Assembly (NCBI GenBank): GCA_965219305.1
Contig: OZ244725.1
Location: 2,003,706-2,067,705, forward strand
Direction: 5' to 3'
Source: Pyrinomonadaceae bacterium
Lineage (GTDB): Bacteria; Acidobacteriota; Blastocatellia; Pyrinomonadales; Pyrinomonadaceae
Length of the DNA stretch: 64,000 nucleotides
Shown: piece by piece, positions 18,019-30,315 of the stretch
How the letters are laid out: each line of letters starts with the position of its first letter
Numbering within the stretch: the stretch's first letter is position 1
Made by a program: the position numbers and the translations under genes
The notes under the pieces: model-generated
Databases searched by the model: none
Told to the model about the DNA's origin: nothing
The model's input: only the letters and a program-made list of their open reading frames with translations

Positions 18019-18972
18019 TTATCTGTTGCCGTCATCTTCATTGCGGCGAACTTCGACATTTTGGTTTAGACCGCGGCTGACAAGAATTTTTACGTCAACA
18101 CGACGATCTTCAGCACTGCTTCTGCCGACTGCCTGTGTTTCACCGAATCCGTAAGATGTTCCGATACGGCGCAGCGGAATATTGTGCGTCGTAACGAGAT
18201 AATCAATCACTGCTTGAGCGCGACGTTGGCTCAACGCTTTATTTGCCGACGCACTTCCGGTTGCATCAGCGAAACCGGTAACTTCCAACGTGTAACCGCG
18301 CAAAGTCAAAGCCGTGCGTGCAACTTCGTCGAGTTGATATTTCGCATCCGGTGATAAAGCCGAACTTCCCGTTCTGAAATTCACTGAAGCAGTTGATTGA
18401 ACGACGTAATCATCTAAAGAAGAAATTCTTTGATTCGTCGCATTAACACCCGCAACCGCCGCATCTGCCGTATCTTGAGCGGCTTTCGCGCCGCCGCGCG
18501 CGGCATTTGAAACTGCCATCAATTCATCAATCTGTCCCGAAATTCTTTCGGCATTTTGCTCGGTTCGGGTAATTCTGTCTTCCGCCGGACCGACGCGGCT
18601 CTCAATCGAACGCGCGACTTCGAGATCGCTTTTATCAAAACGAACTTTATTTGCCGACAACGTTCCAGCGTTATCTCCACGCCCTTCGACTTCGATGTTT
18701 AAACCGCGAATAATCGCCGTTGTCGGATAACTGTCGCCGCTTCCAAAGAAACTGTTTGATTTAATACTTGCGTTCGGCGCAACCGTTACCTGTGTGTCAA
18801 CGCCGACTCCATCACGAACTACGAACGTATTGTTGCTGTCAGATGCCACGACGACACCTTTAATTTTATATTTTTGCCCTGCGGTCAAATTTCTCGTCTG
18901 CACGTCCTGCGCGAAGACTGCTACTGAACCGACTAATAAAGCCAAAAACATTACTGAAAATTTCTTTAACAT
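18019..18972 (-). CDS. OmpA family protein (C-terminal peptidoglycan-binding domain)
   Basis: Has the OmpA_C motif …VNFRTGSSALSPDAK..LDEVA…TGFADATGSASANKALSQRRAQAV. The start is set at MLKKFSVMFLALLVG, preceded by AAGGAG. Confidence 0.85.
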   Translation of the reverse strand: MLKKFSVMFLALLVGSVAVFAQDVQTRNLTAGQKYKIKGVVVASDSNNTFVVRDGVGVDTQVTVAPNASIKSNSFFGSGDSYPTTAIIRGLNIEVEGRGDNAGTLSANKVRFDKSDLEVARSIESRVGPAEDRITRTEQNAERISGQIDELMAVSNAARGGAKAAQDTADAAVAGVNATNQRISSLDDYVVQSTASVNFRTGSSALSPDAKYQLDEVARTALTLRGYTLEVTGFADATGSASANKALSQRRAQAVIDYLVTTHNIPLRRIGTSYGFGETQAVGRSSAEDRRVDVKILVSRGLNQNVEVRRNEDDGNR

Positions 18973-19187
18973 AAATTTTAACTCCTTGCTTTTCAATTCT
19001 TAAACAGAATACATTTTCAAAGACGTATGAACTTTCGATGTTTTGCGTAAGTTCAAAGTTGTTGTGTAAATAAAAATTATCGGAAGAGTCTGTTTTCATT
19101 TTGAATATTTTTTTCAAACAATCAAAGCTATTTACTCACTCAATATCCGTGCCAGAAAATGTAAACCTTTTGATTATTGAAGTTATC

Positions 19188-19231
19188 CAGAAAACTTTCT
19201 TTCCGGGGAAACTGTATCGTTCGGAAGAAAG
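19188..19231 (-). terminator. probable intrinsic terminator after the phosphotransferase gene
   Basis: The stem is ctttcttccg / cggaaagaaag. On the minus strand it is followed by TTTTCTGG. Confidence 0.5.
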
Positions 19232-19297
19232 ACGTTATCGTGTATTTTATCGGTTCAGTTAAAAACAAAAATTTTTGCAGAGAAAATAATTTGAAAA

Positions 19298-20386
19298 TTA
19301 ATTTTCCGCTAAAATTTTCACGGCGGTTTTTGCTAAAATTTTCACCGTTTCGCCGAGTTTGGCAAAACGCGGATCGTCGGTTTGTCCTTTGTGATAACGG
19401 TAGAAAATCTGCTGTAAAACGACGGCGAGTTTGAAAACGGCAAAGATTTCATAAAATGTAAAACCTGTTAAATCTCTGCCGGATTTCTGCTTATATCTCT
19501 CGATTATTTCCCCGCGCGAAAACCAACCGTCTTTTATTGTAACAATTTCGAGCGATTCGACTTTCGACATTTTGACGACTTTCGCCCAGTGAATCCAGTA
19601 ACAAATTAAAATTCCGAGATCAATCAGAGGATCACCGACCGCGCTCATTTCCCAATCGAAAACGCCGATGACTTTCTCGCATTTTTCAGCATCGAGCATT
19701 GCATTATCCAACTTAAAATCACCGTGAACGAGCGTCGGCTTTTTATTTTCCGGCGGCAGATTTTCGTTCAACCATTCGGAAAGATGTTCCATTTCGGCGA
19801 TTTCTTCGGTCTTTGAAGTATGCCAGCGTTTTGTCCAACCGACAACCTGACGCGTTACAAAACCTTCGGGTTTTCCGAGCGTCGTCAGATTGTGTTGTTC
19901 GATGTCAATTTCGTGAAGTTCGACCAAAGCATCAATCATCGCTTCACTGATTTTACGCCGCTTGTCAGGATCGTTTTCAATTTCGGCGGGTTCATTTGTG
20001 CGAATCACAATTCCTCTGCGGCGTTCCATTATATAAAACGTCGAACCGATAATTTCGCCGTTCTCGCACAAAACAAACGGACGCGGCGCGAACGGATAAA
20101 CCGGATGAACTGCTTTTAAAATGCGAAATTCACGTGCCATATCGTGCGCTTTTGCCGGAACGGGACCGAACGGCGGACGACGCAATACGAATTCCTGTTC
20201 GCCGAATTTTAATAAATAAGTCAGATTGGAATGTCCGCCGGGAAATTGTTCGACATCGAATTCTGCGGTTTCGTCGAAATCGTCGCCCAAAACCTTTTTT
20301 AGTTCGGCGCGAAGATATTTTTGCAGATTTTCCCAATCGAGATTTTCGCTGTTCCGAACGGGTTTTGTGTCTTTTGAAATTGTCAT
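19298..20386 (-). CDS. phosphotransferase (APH/choline-kinase-like) family protein
   Basis: 362 aa with the catalytic loop LVHGDFKLDNAML and the downstream DWE motif. Confidence 0.8.
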   Translation of the reverse strand: MTISKDTKPVRNSENLDWENLQKYLRAELKKVLGDDFDETAEFDVEQFPGGHSNLTYLLKFGEQEFVLRRPPFGPVPAKAHDMAREFRILKAVHPVYPFAPRPFVLCENGEIIGSTFYIMERRRGIVIRTNEPAEIENDPDKRRKISEAMIDALVELHEIDIEQHNLTTLGKPEGFVTRQVVGWTKRWHTSKTEEIAEMEHLSEWLNENLPPENKKPTLVHGDFKLDNAMLDAEKCEKVIGVFDWEMSAVGDPLIDLGILICYWIHWAKVVKMSKVESLEIVTIKDGWFSRGEIIERYKQKSGRDLTGFTFYEIFAVFKLAVVLQQIFYRYHKGQTDDPRFAKLGETVKILAKTAVKILAEN

Positions 20387-20389
20387 AAA

Positions 20390-21943
<1,554 letters not shown>

Positions 21944-21994
21944 AAACCGATTTTATTAAAGTTTCAGATATTTTTCCAGATTGTATTTGTTTAT

Positions 21995-22034
21995 GAAAGT
22001 AAAAGCCGCGAATAATTTGCAATTGTTCGCGGCT
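21995..22034 (-). terminator. intrinsic terminator after the M16 peptidase gene
   Basis: The stem is agccgcgaa / ttcgcggct. On the minus strand it is followed by TTTTACTTTC. Confidence 0.6.
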
Positions 22035-22064
22035 CTTTATCAAATTTCGGACTAAATCTATTTT

Positions 22065-24845
22065 TTATTGAATAGATTTATTATCCTTCATTTTCTCTTT
22101 CGCTTTGGCAAAATCGCCGACTTTGACGATAGTTATTTTATCCGGCGTGAGATATTTTTTCATCGCCGCATTTACTTGTTCGGGAGTCAATTTACTGATT
22201 TTGCTTTCTAAATCGGATTCCCAGGCAATCGTGCGGTCGGCGGTCAGATGACCGCTGATTCTGCCGGCAAGTTCCCGGTCGTTGGCGCGCGAAACCTGTT
22301 GCGCCTGAAGCCAGCCTTTGACCGCTTCGGCAATTTCTTCGGCGGTAAAACCTTCACTCGTTGCTTTGCGGATTTCGTCTTTGAAAGCGATTTCGAGTTT
22401 TTCGGCGTTTTCCGGCGCGTAAATTGCGTAAGCGGAAAATGTTCCGGTCTCATCACGCGAACTGGCTCCAAAACCTGAACCGACACCATAACTCAAACCT
22501 TCCTTCTGTCGAATTCTCGATGCCAAACGAGAATTTAAGAAACCGCCGCCGAGCATATAGTTTCCGATGACCAAAGCCGGATAATCGGGATTATCGTCGC
22601 GGACTTTTAAGTTCAGACGTGCGATAAACATTGCGTTTGGTTTGTCAGGCGTTTCGATTGTTCGATTGACTGCGGCAATATCGTTATAAGTGTTTTTGAT
22701 TCTCGTGTAACCCGCCGGACTTTTCCAACTGCCGAAATCTTGTTTATATGATTCGCCGATCTGTTTTTCGTCAAAATCACCGACGACGATCATCGAACCA
22801 TCCGTCGCTCCGTAAAAATCTTTGTAAAACTTTTTCACGTCGTCCAATGTAACAGCTTTCACTTCGGCGATTTCTTCATCTAAAGTTCCTTGATAAAGCG
22901 GATGTCCTTTCGGATAAACGTTGAAAATTTGTCCGATTGTTTGCGATGCGACGGCTTGCGGTTCGCTTCGCTGATTTTCCAGAGAAGTTAATTGTGCTTG
23001 CTTTAAAAGTTCAAATTCTTCGGCGGGAAATGTAGAATCTTTGAGCATTTCGGCAACCAGATTTACAACTTCGGGAAGATTCTGTCGGTTTGTTTCTATC
23101 AAAACCGTTGCGCCGGTCGCGCCGCCGAAAATTCTGACCTGTGCTTTTAAACGATCAAGTTCGTCCTGTAACTGTTGGCGCGTGTGTTTTGAAGTGCCTC
23201 GCATCAAAAGTTGTCCGGCAAAACCCGCCGCCGCTCCGCGATTCATCAAAGATTTTTCGTCGCCGAAATTCAGACTAATTCTAGCCGCAACCGAATCACC
23301 GCGATTTTCTTTGGGCAAAAATACAACCTTGAATTCGCCGTTGTCCATACGTTTGAGACGCGATTGGACGTTCGCCGGAGTCGGATCGAAAATTTCACCT
23401 TGCGCGACCGCTTCGCCGCCTTTGTAGTCGTTGACCATTGCTAAAATATCGCCGTCTTTCAACGTCGGAATTTCAGCACGGTCGGGCTTTTGTGTCGGAA
23501 CAAACTGTGCGACGGTGCGATTCGATTGTTTGAAATATGTATCGGCGATACGTTTCACGTCTTCAGGAGTGATCTTTTGCAGACGGTCACGATAAAGGAA
23601 AAACAAACGCCAATCGCCGAGCGCGATATATTCGCTCATATCAAGACCGACGCGGTTCGGATCGTTTAAGGAAAGTTCTATATTTTTTAAAAGTCCGGTT
23701 TTTGCGCGTTCGACTTCTTCTTTGGTCGGTGCGGTTTTTCCGGCGTTTTCGACGGTTTCAATCATCGCTTCTCGCGCCGCATCTACCGAATTTTCCTTAC
23801 CCAACTGCGCGAGGAACATTATATAAGCAGGTTCTTTGAACTGAAAATTCAAACCCGAAACCGAAGTTGCTTTTTTTCCTTCGACGAGAGTTTTATAAAG
23901 TCTGCCGGAAGGCGCGTCGGTTAAAATCGTGTTGAAGACTTCGACCGTCGCCGCATCCGGGTGCGCTCCGGGCGGAACGTGATAACCTGACGCGATCAAG
24001 GGCGTATCGCCGACGCGCCGGATCGTAACCATTCTTTCGCCGTCTTGTGTCGGTTCGATTGTATAGTTCGGCGGCAAAGTTCTCGCCGGTTTCGGAATCG
24101 CGCCGAATTTTTCTTTGATTAAATTCAGAGTTTTCATCTCGTCGAATTTTCCGGCGACAAGAAGAACGGCGTTGTCGGGTTGATAATATTTTTTGTAGAA
24201 AGCCTGAAGGCGGTCAATCGGGACATTTTCAACGTCGGAACGCGCTCCGATGGTTGATTTTCCGTAGTTATGCCAATCATAAGCGACGGACAACATTTTT
24301 TGGAAAGTAACGCGAAACGGACTGTTTTCGCCCGACTCTAATTCATTGCGGACGACGGAAAATTCCGAATCCAAATCTTTTTTGGCGATATATGAATTAA
24401 CCATTCTGTCGGCTTCCAAGTCCAAAGCCCATTCGAGATTTTCGTCCGTCGCCGAAAACGTCTCGAAATAATTCGTGCGATCAGTCCACGTCGTTCCGTT
24501 CGGGCGCGCGCCGTGTGAAGTCAATTCCGCCGGAATATTTTGATGTTTCGGTGTTCCTTTGAAAACCATATGTTCCAAAAGATGTGCCATTCCGGTTTCG
24601 CCGTAATTTTCGTGGCGCGAACCGACCAGATATGTAATATTCACAGTCGTATTTTGCTTGGTCTGATCGGGAAAAAGCAAAATTTTCAGACCATTGTTGT
24701 TCAGACGATATTCGGTAATTCCTTCGACCGTCGTAACTTTTATAATTCCTTCAGGCATTTTCGCTGTTTGCGCGAAATTTGCAAAGGAAAAATTCAGCAG
24801 CAGAAGCGATAGAAAAATCGCTTTTAAAGTAATCTTTGATTTCAT
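22065..24845 (-). CDS. secreted M16 (pitrilysin/insulinase) family zinc peptidase, fused double-unit form
   Basis: 926 aa with a signal peptide and the inverted zinc motif HLLEHMVFKG (HxxEH). Confidence 0.9.
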   Translation of the reverse strand: MKSKITLKAIFLSLLLLNFSFANFAQTAKMPEGIIKVTTVEGITEYRLNNNGLKILLFPDQTKQNTTVNITYLVGSRHENYGETGMAHLLEHMVFKGTPKHQNIPAELTSHGARPNGTTWTDRTNYFETFSATDENLEWALDLEADRMVNSYIAKKDLDSEFSVVRNELESGENSPFRVTFQKMLSVAYDWHNYGKSTIGARSDVENVPIDRLQAFYKKYYQPDNAVLLVAGKFDEMKTLNLIKEKFGAIPKPARTLPPNYTIEPTQDGERMVTIRRVGDTPLIASGYHVPPGAHPDAATVEVFNTILTDAPSGRLYKTLVEGKKATSVSGLNFQFKEPAYIMFLAQLGKENSVDAAREAMIETVENAGKTAPTKEEVERAKTGLLKNIELSLNDPNRVGLDMSEYIALGDWRLFFLYRDRLQKITPEDVKRIADTYFKQSNRTVAQFVPTQKPDRAEIPTLKDGDILAMVNDYKGGEAVAQGEIFDPTPANVQSRLKRMDNGEFKVVFLPKENRGDSVAARISLNFGDEKSLMNRGAAAGFAGQLLMRGTSKHTRQQLQDELDRLKAQVRIFGGATGATVLIETNRQNLPEVVNLVAEMLKDSTFPAEEFELLKQAQLTSLENQRSEPQAVASQTIGQIFNVYPKGHPLYQGTLDEEIAEVKAVTLDDVKKFYKDFYGATDGSMIVVGDFDEKQIGESYKQDFGSWKSPAGYTRIKNTYNDIAAVNRTIETPDKPNAMFIARLNLKVRDDNPDYPALVIGNYMLGGGFLNSRLASRIRQKEGLSYGVGSGFGASSRDETGTFSAYAIYAPENAEKLEIAFKDEIRKATSEGFTAEEIAEAVKGWLQAQQVSRANDRELAGRISGHLTADRTIAWESDLESKISKLTPEQVNAAMKKYLTPDKITIVKVGDFAKAKEKMKDNKSIQ

Positions 24846-24989
24846 AATATAATCCTTAAATTTAGTTTCGTGTCTGCCGTCATTCTATTACAAATGGTCA
24901 ATAAAAAAAAGCGCATACTGTTTTTCATCAATCGAATGAAAGCAGATCACGCCTTTTTTTAGTAGTTATTCCGTTACTTTTTCCCGGTT

Positions 24990-25301
24990 TTACCCGGCTT
25001 CATCGGGAAAAGCCTTACGCCATTCCGGTTCGATTTGTTCCAAAATTTTGCAGTCGCAGTAACCGCCGTTGTTGTTAAGCCACGCAGTAATTTTCGGGAA
25101 ATTTAAGTGTCGTTCCATTACAAACTGCATCGAATTATTCAGCGTATGACTGCACGGCTGATTTTCGAGTCGCGTGTGGAGACGATAAAATAAATCTTCA
25201 AGCGTTTCCGGCTCAATCGGCAAGTTACCGAGATATTCTTCGAGTTCTTCGCCGCTGAGCTGCGACAAAATTTCAATTTCTCTTTTTTTTATAATCGGCA
25301 T
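24990..25301 (-). CDS. small conserved hypothetical protein (DUF2695-like)
   Basis: 103 aa with a C-terminal GGYCDC motif. The family assignment is from memory only. Confidence 0.45.
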   Translation of the reverse strand: MPIIKKREIEILSQLSGEELEEYLGNLPIEPETLEDLFYRLHTRLENQPCSHTLNNSMQFVMERHLNFPKITAWLNNNGGYCDCKILEQIEPEWRKAFPDEAG

Positions 25302-25308
25302 AATTTTT

Positions 25309-25380
25309 TAATGAAAAATGGAAAACGAAAATTGTAAAATACTTTTTTCGTTATTTTATTTTACATTTAACATTTTTCAT
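25309..25380. repeat. AT-rich imperfect palindrome downstream of the MFS gene
   Basis: aatgaaaaatg…aaaacgaaaa…ttttcgtt…catttttcatt. The outer 11-bp inverted repeat is perfect. Confidence 0.6.
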
Positions 25381-25383
25381 TTT

Positions 25384-26643
25384 TTACGTCTTCTTTTCAA
25401 GCCGGAGAATTTCTTCTTCGCGCTGTTTTTGTTTAATACCTTCGCGCCCGTCGTAAGCGATAAACTTCGGCAGCAGAACGGCTAAACAAATCGTTCCCAA
25501 AACGACCAGAATTCCGCCGGAGATGATCGAATTTTTCAGACCGAAATAATGCGCGACGATTCCGGCTTCGGCATCGCCGAGCATCGGACCCGTTAAATAA
25601 CTTATCATTTCGATTCCGGCTAAACGTCCGCGCAGATGATCTGGAATTGTCTGATTCCAGATCGTGCCGCGAAAAATTCCGCTGATCATATCGAAAAATC
25701 CCGCCACGCCGAGAAAGAACAGCGCGAGATAAAAGTTGTTCGAGAAACCGAAACAGATAATCGCCACGCCCCACAAAGCGGCGGCGATCGTAATCATCAA
25801 ACCGTGCCTGTAAACCTTGCTCGCCCAACCGGAACTGAGCGTTCCCGACAACGCGCCGACGGCGATCGCCGAATAAAAATAACCGACCGAACTCGCGCCG
25901 AAGCTGACGGCGAGCGCGGGAAATAACGCTTTCGGCATTCCGAAAAGCATCGCGTTGATGTCAATCAGATATGTGCCGAGCAAATCCTGACGGCTTTTCG
26001 CGTAACGAAAACCTTTCTTGATTGATTCGAAATTCGGTCTGTCCGCGCCTTCCGCCGCCGGAACGGCGCGAATCATCCAGACCGCCGTCAAAGTCGCCGC
26101 GAAAGTTACAAAATCAATTCCATACGCCCACGCCGGGGAAAACTGCGCGGCGATCAGACCGCCCAGAATCGGCGAAAAAATCGCGCCGACATTGTAGCGG
26201 ATCGAGTTTAACGCCGAAACCGCCGTCATATATTCGGGCGGCAAAATGCGCGGGATCAACGCCTCGAACGCGGGTCTTTGCAGTCCGGCAAGTCCGGCGT
26301 GAAGTCCGGCGGCAACGAATAAAACCCAAATCTGCGGATTCGGCAAAAGCGCATTTGCCAGTAAAATAACGGTCGTCAAAGTCTGCCCGATTTCGGTTAT
26401 TCTGAGAATTTTCCGCCGGTCAATCGCGTCCGCCAGCGCGCCGCCGACGAACGCCAGCGTAAACATCGGCACAAATTCCGCCAAGCCGAGCATTCCGACC
26501 AGCAGATTCGATTTCGTCAGCGCATACATCTGCACCGGCACGACGACGAACGTCATCATCGTCCCGAAATACGAGATCATCTGCCCGAAAAACAAAAGCC
26601 TGTAATCGCGCGAAATCTTGAGCGGCGTGATGTCAATAAACAT
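25384..26643 (-). CDS. MFS transporter (EntS-like)
   Basis: About 12 TM helices. The start is set at MFIDITPLKISRDYRLLFFGQ…, ATG at 26643. Confidence 0.85.
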   Translation of the reverse strand: MFIDITPLKISRDYRLLFFGQMISYFGTMMTFVVVPVQMYALTKSNLLVGMLGLAEFVPMFTLAFVGGALADAIDRRKILRITEIGQTLTTVILLANALLPNPQIWVLFVAAGLHAGLAGLQRPAFEALIPRILPPEYMTAVSALNSIRYNVGAIFSPILGGLIAAQFSPAWAYGIDFVTFAATLTAVWMIRAVPAAEGADRPNFESIKKGFRYAKSRQDLLGTYLIDINAMLFGMPKALFPALAVSFGASSVGYFYSAIAVGALSGTLSSGWASKVYRHGLMITIAAALWGVAIICFGFSNNFYLALFFLGVAGFFDMISGIFRGTIWNQTIPDHLRGRLAGIEMISYLTGPMLGDAEAGIVAHYFGLKNSIISGGILVVLGTICLAVLLPKFIAYDGREGIKQKQREEEILRLEKKT

Positions 26644-27016
26644 AAAAAAACGCAAACGCGCCTTTATCAAAAAGCGCGTCAGTTCAAAGAATACTAAATC
26701 TTTAAACAACAATCTTCTTTAAAATCCAATTTATGTTTACAACTTTTTATGCTTGCGAACACACGTAAATTCTATCTGTAAAATAAACTTACTATATTTT
26801 TACAAAAAAGTTGAAGTAAAAAATAAATCAACTTTTTCTGCATTTGATTTAACGTCAGTTGAGAAAAGAAATATGATTTTGGAAAAGAAGGAATTGCCCG
26901 CGAAACACGCATAAAGATACTAAAAAAGTAAAAACAAATGAACTTTTCGTCTTTTTCGTTAATTTCACAGTCAAAAATATAATGTTGAACTGTGCTGATC
27001 TAAACTGGAAAGAAAT

Positions 27017-27322
27017 TTATTTTTCGCTGATCATTTTCGTCATTGTAATCTGCGGCGGCTCGGTGACGAGTTTTCCGGCTTTTTCAAAAAACTCTTTGAA
27101 ATAATCTTTTTCAAAATGTTCATCCAAAGCATTTTTGTCCGCCCACGTTTCGTGCCAGACAAAAACAGTTTCATCGTCAATCGCTTGGTGAACATCGTAA
27201 TTTACGCAACCTTCTTCCGTCCGCGAATCGGCAACGATATTAAAAGCCAACTTTTTAGCTTCTTCAACCGCCTCATTTTTGACTTTCAGACGCGCTATTA
27301 AAACTATTTTTTCATCGTTCAT
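27017..27322 (-). CDS. ABM-domain (antibiotic biosynthesis monooxygenase-like) protein
   Basis: 101 aa. Its length and the pattern …EGC..Y.V.Q…….F...E.W.D..A...H… are typical of this family. Confidence 0.75.
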   Translation of the reverse strand: MNDEKIVLIARLKVKNEAVEEAKKLAFNIVADSRTEEGCVNYDVHQAIDDETVFVWHETWADKNALDEHFEKDYFKEFFEKAGKLVTEPPQITMTKMISEK

Positions 27323-27344
27323 TTTTTAATGATAATCTTCTGAT

Positions 27345-27449
27345 TTCATTTCGCAAAATAGTAAATCAAATCACTTTTCGTATATTTTTCGCCATCGAAA
27401 ATAAGCGGATAATGTCTCTGCAAATTAATAAAATAGATCCGATATTCAA
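27345..27449 (-). pseudogene. relic 3' end of a transglutaminase-like gene (paralogous to 30695-30800)
   Basis: The minus-strand frame reads GSILLIWQRHYPLIFDGEKYTKSDLIYYFAK*. The C-terminus of the intact gene reads GLYLSELQKHYPHIFEDEKYTNGDLVYDFSL*. That is about 16 of 31 identical. DNA identity blocks are shared (cgtatatttttcg, gcggataatgt). There is no upstream ORF. Confidence 0.55.
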
Positions 27450-27538
27450 TTAAATCCAAACTGTTCCAGTTTCTCATCGGTTTCTGTTATCACGTAGCTT
27501 TTCAGTTTTCACTTATATATTTTCTTTTTATTTTATCT

Positions 27539-28000
27539 TTACTTCAAAAGCGCGTCATTCCATTCTGACTCAATTTCGTTAGACCAATTATTAAAATAGT
27601 TTTCATCCAAAGCATAAACGCTTACAGGTAAAGAAATTTCGAATTCAGCTAATTTCTTTATCCACAATTTACTGAATTCAAAGTTACATTGCCCTCCGTC
27701 GTAATAAATTTCCGCAAACAGAATAAAATCCTTAACTCCGTTTGCAAGCAATAACTGATAATTTTTTTCTAAAAATTCAACAAAATAATTTTCGTAAACT
27801 ATTATATTTTCCCGTAATGCAAACTTTTTGGGATGCCAAATTGACATACCTCCATAACCGTAGTGTTCTGATGTTGTTTCAAACTTTTTGTCATTTGGAC
27901 TAAAAAAGTCAACAACTAGAAAATCTCCCATGAGTTTATTTCTAACTTCTAATGGATAAAAGTTATCACCTGAAAAAGACAAAGTTATTTTAAAAATCAT
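27539..28000 (-). CDS. hypothetical protein
   Basis: 153-aa ORF, AT-rich, with no motif I recognise. Confidence 0.45.
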   Translation of the reverse strand: MIFKITLSFSGDNFYPLEVRNKLMGDFLVVDFFSPNDKKFETTSEHYGYGGMSIWHPKKFALRENIIVYENYFVEFLEKNYQLLLANGVKDFILFAEIYYDGGQCNFEFSKLWIKKLAEFEISLPVSVYALDENYFNNWSNEIESEWNDALLK

Positions 28001-28100
28001 TTAATTCCGTAATGATTTTATTACAACAACAAACGCCGATACAGTCTCATAATAATGAAAGTTGTACAAATTGTCGCGCAATTAGTGGAGTTTAAATCTT

Positions 28101-28170
28101 GAATCCGATAAACCTCAAATGCAGACTTTTCTTTAATCAGCTTAGTCTGAATTTAAGGTTTATCGGATTT
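28101..28170. repeat. long imperfect inverted repeat downstream of the 436-aa ORF
   Basis: gaatccgataaacctcaaatgcagac … gtctgaatttaaggtttatcggatt. About 24 of 26 positions pair. Confidence 0.6.
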
Positions 28171-28191
28171 TCGGGAAAGAATATAATTTTT

Positions 28192-29502
28192 CTACGGGTT
28201 AATAGATAATTTTCCCTTAGTCGGAACTTCCGCCGCCATTTTTTTGCCTTCCGCCGATTTCCAGGGAATTCCGTAAAACAAACCGTCTTCCGGCATCGGG
28301 GCGAGCCGGACATCGAGCGAACTTCCGCCTTCGGGGATTTCCATATCAATTAAATATGCGTTGTGGAAGAGATTAATGTTGCCGCCGGTTTGTTCGGGAT
28401 GTTTGAGCGGCAGACCGTTGCTTCCGACCGTCCAGCGAAATGTGCGGATGGTTTCGACGTTGTTTCTCAACTGACATTCCCATTGTCCGGGATTTGCATC
28501 CATATCCGGGAACGCACGATTTCCGGGATTGTTCAGTTCGATCGGCAAATTTGCCGAATAATGTTTAAAACTGATGTATTTGCCGGGTTTGCTGTCGAAC
28601 TTCTCAACTGCCATTTCCGATCTCGCCGTTTTCATTATGACTGCGCCTTTGTTACCGAACGCAACTCGTTCTCCGTTTACAAAACAACGTACGTACGGAG
28701 ACTTAAATTCCGGTTGGTAGCGATCCCCGGACATACTGAAATGAATATCTACATATCCGACATTCGCACTATTCTGGCTGAAATCTATGTAACCCGCCGA
28801 TGCATTATCATCTTCTAAACCCGGACGCAAAAACAAAAAAGCCGCCGCTGATTCAGCATTTCGGTCAACGTAATAATCCGAAACGTCCGGCACATTTCCC
28901 GGTCGGGTTTTCTTTAATTCGCGGACTTCGATTTTATAATTTCTCAACAGAGTCTCTTTGTCGTTATCACCGTTTACCGCGGAGACTTTAACATCGTATT
29001 TACCGGGATTTTTAATAAAAATTTTTCTATCGCCGCAAAACTGGCTTCCTTTAACCGCCATATAATCGTCAATCGGGCTGTTCCGAATGTGATCGCTGAT
29101 TTCTCCGGCTTTTCGGTAATAACGTGCCGCGACACATTGATATGTCGCCACCGTTTTGCCCTTATCTTCGACGACGATCTTAAAGCTGCTCATATCGGGA
29201 AATGTCCCGAACGCCCGCAGACTGCTTCGCAAAGTCCAGCCCTTAGAGATATTGCCGCGATATTTCTCGCTGCGTTCCTTAACGGCTTCCGCCGCAAAAT
29301 ATGTAAATCCATCGTCAATCACCATCTGCCGGTTTTCACCTTTAACACTCCCGACGTTTTTGCTGATATTTTCCCCGATATTTTTATCAACTTTCGGAAT
29401 CTTCGGCACTTTGATCTTCGGAATTTTGATCGGAAATTGTGCCGATGCAAATGTCGAAAGTATTAAAATAGTTAGAGTTGTGTAAATTATTAGTTTTTTC
29501 AT
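28192..29502 (-). CDS. secreted hypothetical protein
   Basis: 436 aa with a signal peptide (MKKLIIYTTLTILILSTFASAQ). No family recognised. Confidence 0.55.
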   Translation of the reverse strand: MKKLIIYTTLTILILSTFASAQFPIKIPKIKVPKIPKVDKNIGENISKNVGSVKGENRQMVIDDGFTYFAAEAVKERSEKYRGNISKGWTLRSSLRAFGTFPDMSSFKIVVEDKGKTVATYQCVAARYYRKAGEISDHIRNSPIDDYMAVKGSQFCGDRKIFIKNPGKYDVKVSAVNGDNDKETLLRNYKIEVRELKKTRPGNVPDVSDYYVDRNAESAAAFLFLRPGLEDDNASAGYIDFSQNSANVGYVDIHFSMSGDRYQPEFKSPYVRCFVNGERVAFGNKGAVIMKTARSEMAVEKFDSKPGKYISFKHYSANLPIELNNPGNRAFPDMDANPGQWECQLRNNVETIRTFRWTVGSNGLPLKHPEQTGGNINLFHNAYLIDMEIPEGGSSLDVRLAPMPEDGLFYGIPWKSAEGKKMAAEVPTKGKLSINP

Positions 29503-29544
29503 TGTTTGTTTCTCCGTTAAAAAGTTTGAGTTATTTATTGAGTT

Positions 29545-30168
29545 TTATTTACCGCTGAACCAACTGTCGTGAAAATTGACAGTCGTTTGATTATCGGGCG
29601 AAGCCATACTGTGGCACATCGTCACCTGCGGTAGTTGCCAGCTGCAAAAACTTATTATTGAGACTTTGCCCTTTTTATAATTGGCGTTAATTGATTTATT
29701 GACGGGATCTTCCGTTACATCAACAAGCATCTTCGCACCGCTTTCCTTTTCGCGTTCGATAAAATTTCTGAATTCCTCTTTGGCTTTTTCCTGCGAAGTG
29801 TATGAAGCGAGAACATACATCACACCTTCTTCTTTGCTTTTGCCCATATACATTGCGAGTGCTTCGCCGGTCGAATTTTTGAAGAGTTTTTTGGCAGGAT
29901 CGGACGAGAAAGAAACTTTCACCCGTTTGAATTTTCCGACTTCTTTTTTCGCCTTAAAAACTCCGGCGAGGTCTTCGTCGCTAAATCCGTTTTTCTCAGC
30001 CGGTTTCGTTTTTTCGACCCTCTGTTCGGCGTTTGTATTTTCTACTTTTGTTTCCGTAACTTTATTAGCATCGCCCGTCGAACAACCAATGACTACCAGC
30101 AAAATTAAAGTTAGTGCGACAAATGAATATTTGTTTTTGAAATTTGTTTTGTTGTTTATTATTGACAT
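29545..30168 (-). CDS. hypothetical lipoprotein
   Basis: 207 aa with the lipobox LVVIGCSTG. Confidence 0.5.
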   Translation of the reverse strand: MSIINNKTNFKNKYSFVALTLILLVVIGCSTGDANKVTETKVENTNAEQRVEKTKPAEKNGFSDEDLAGVFKAKKEVGKFKRVKVSFSSDPAKKLFKNSTGEALAMYMGKSKEEGVMYVLASYTSQEKAKEEFRNFIEREKESGAKMLVDVTEDPVNKSINANYKKGKVSIISFCSWQLPQVTMCHSMASPDNQTTVNFHDSWFSGK

Positions 30169-30315
30169 AAATTTTGTTTGTTTTCTGAGAGATTTGTGTT
30201 TGGTTAATTTATAAATCCGCGTTTTTGTTTTTGATACTTGCGGGCGAAACCCGTACTAAAGAATGCCGCCGACATTGCAAAAGTTTTTTTCTAAGTTTGA
30301 GTCGTTCATTATTTG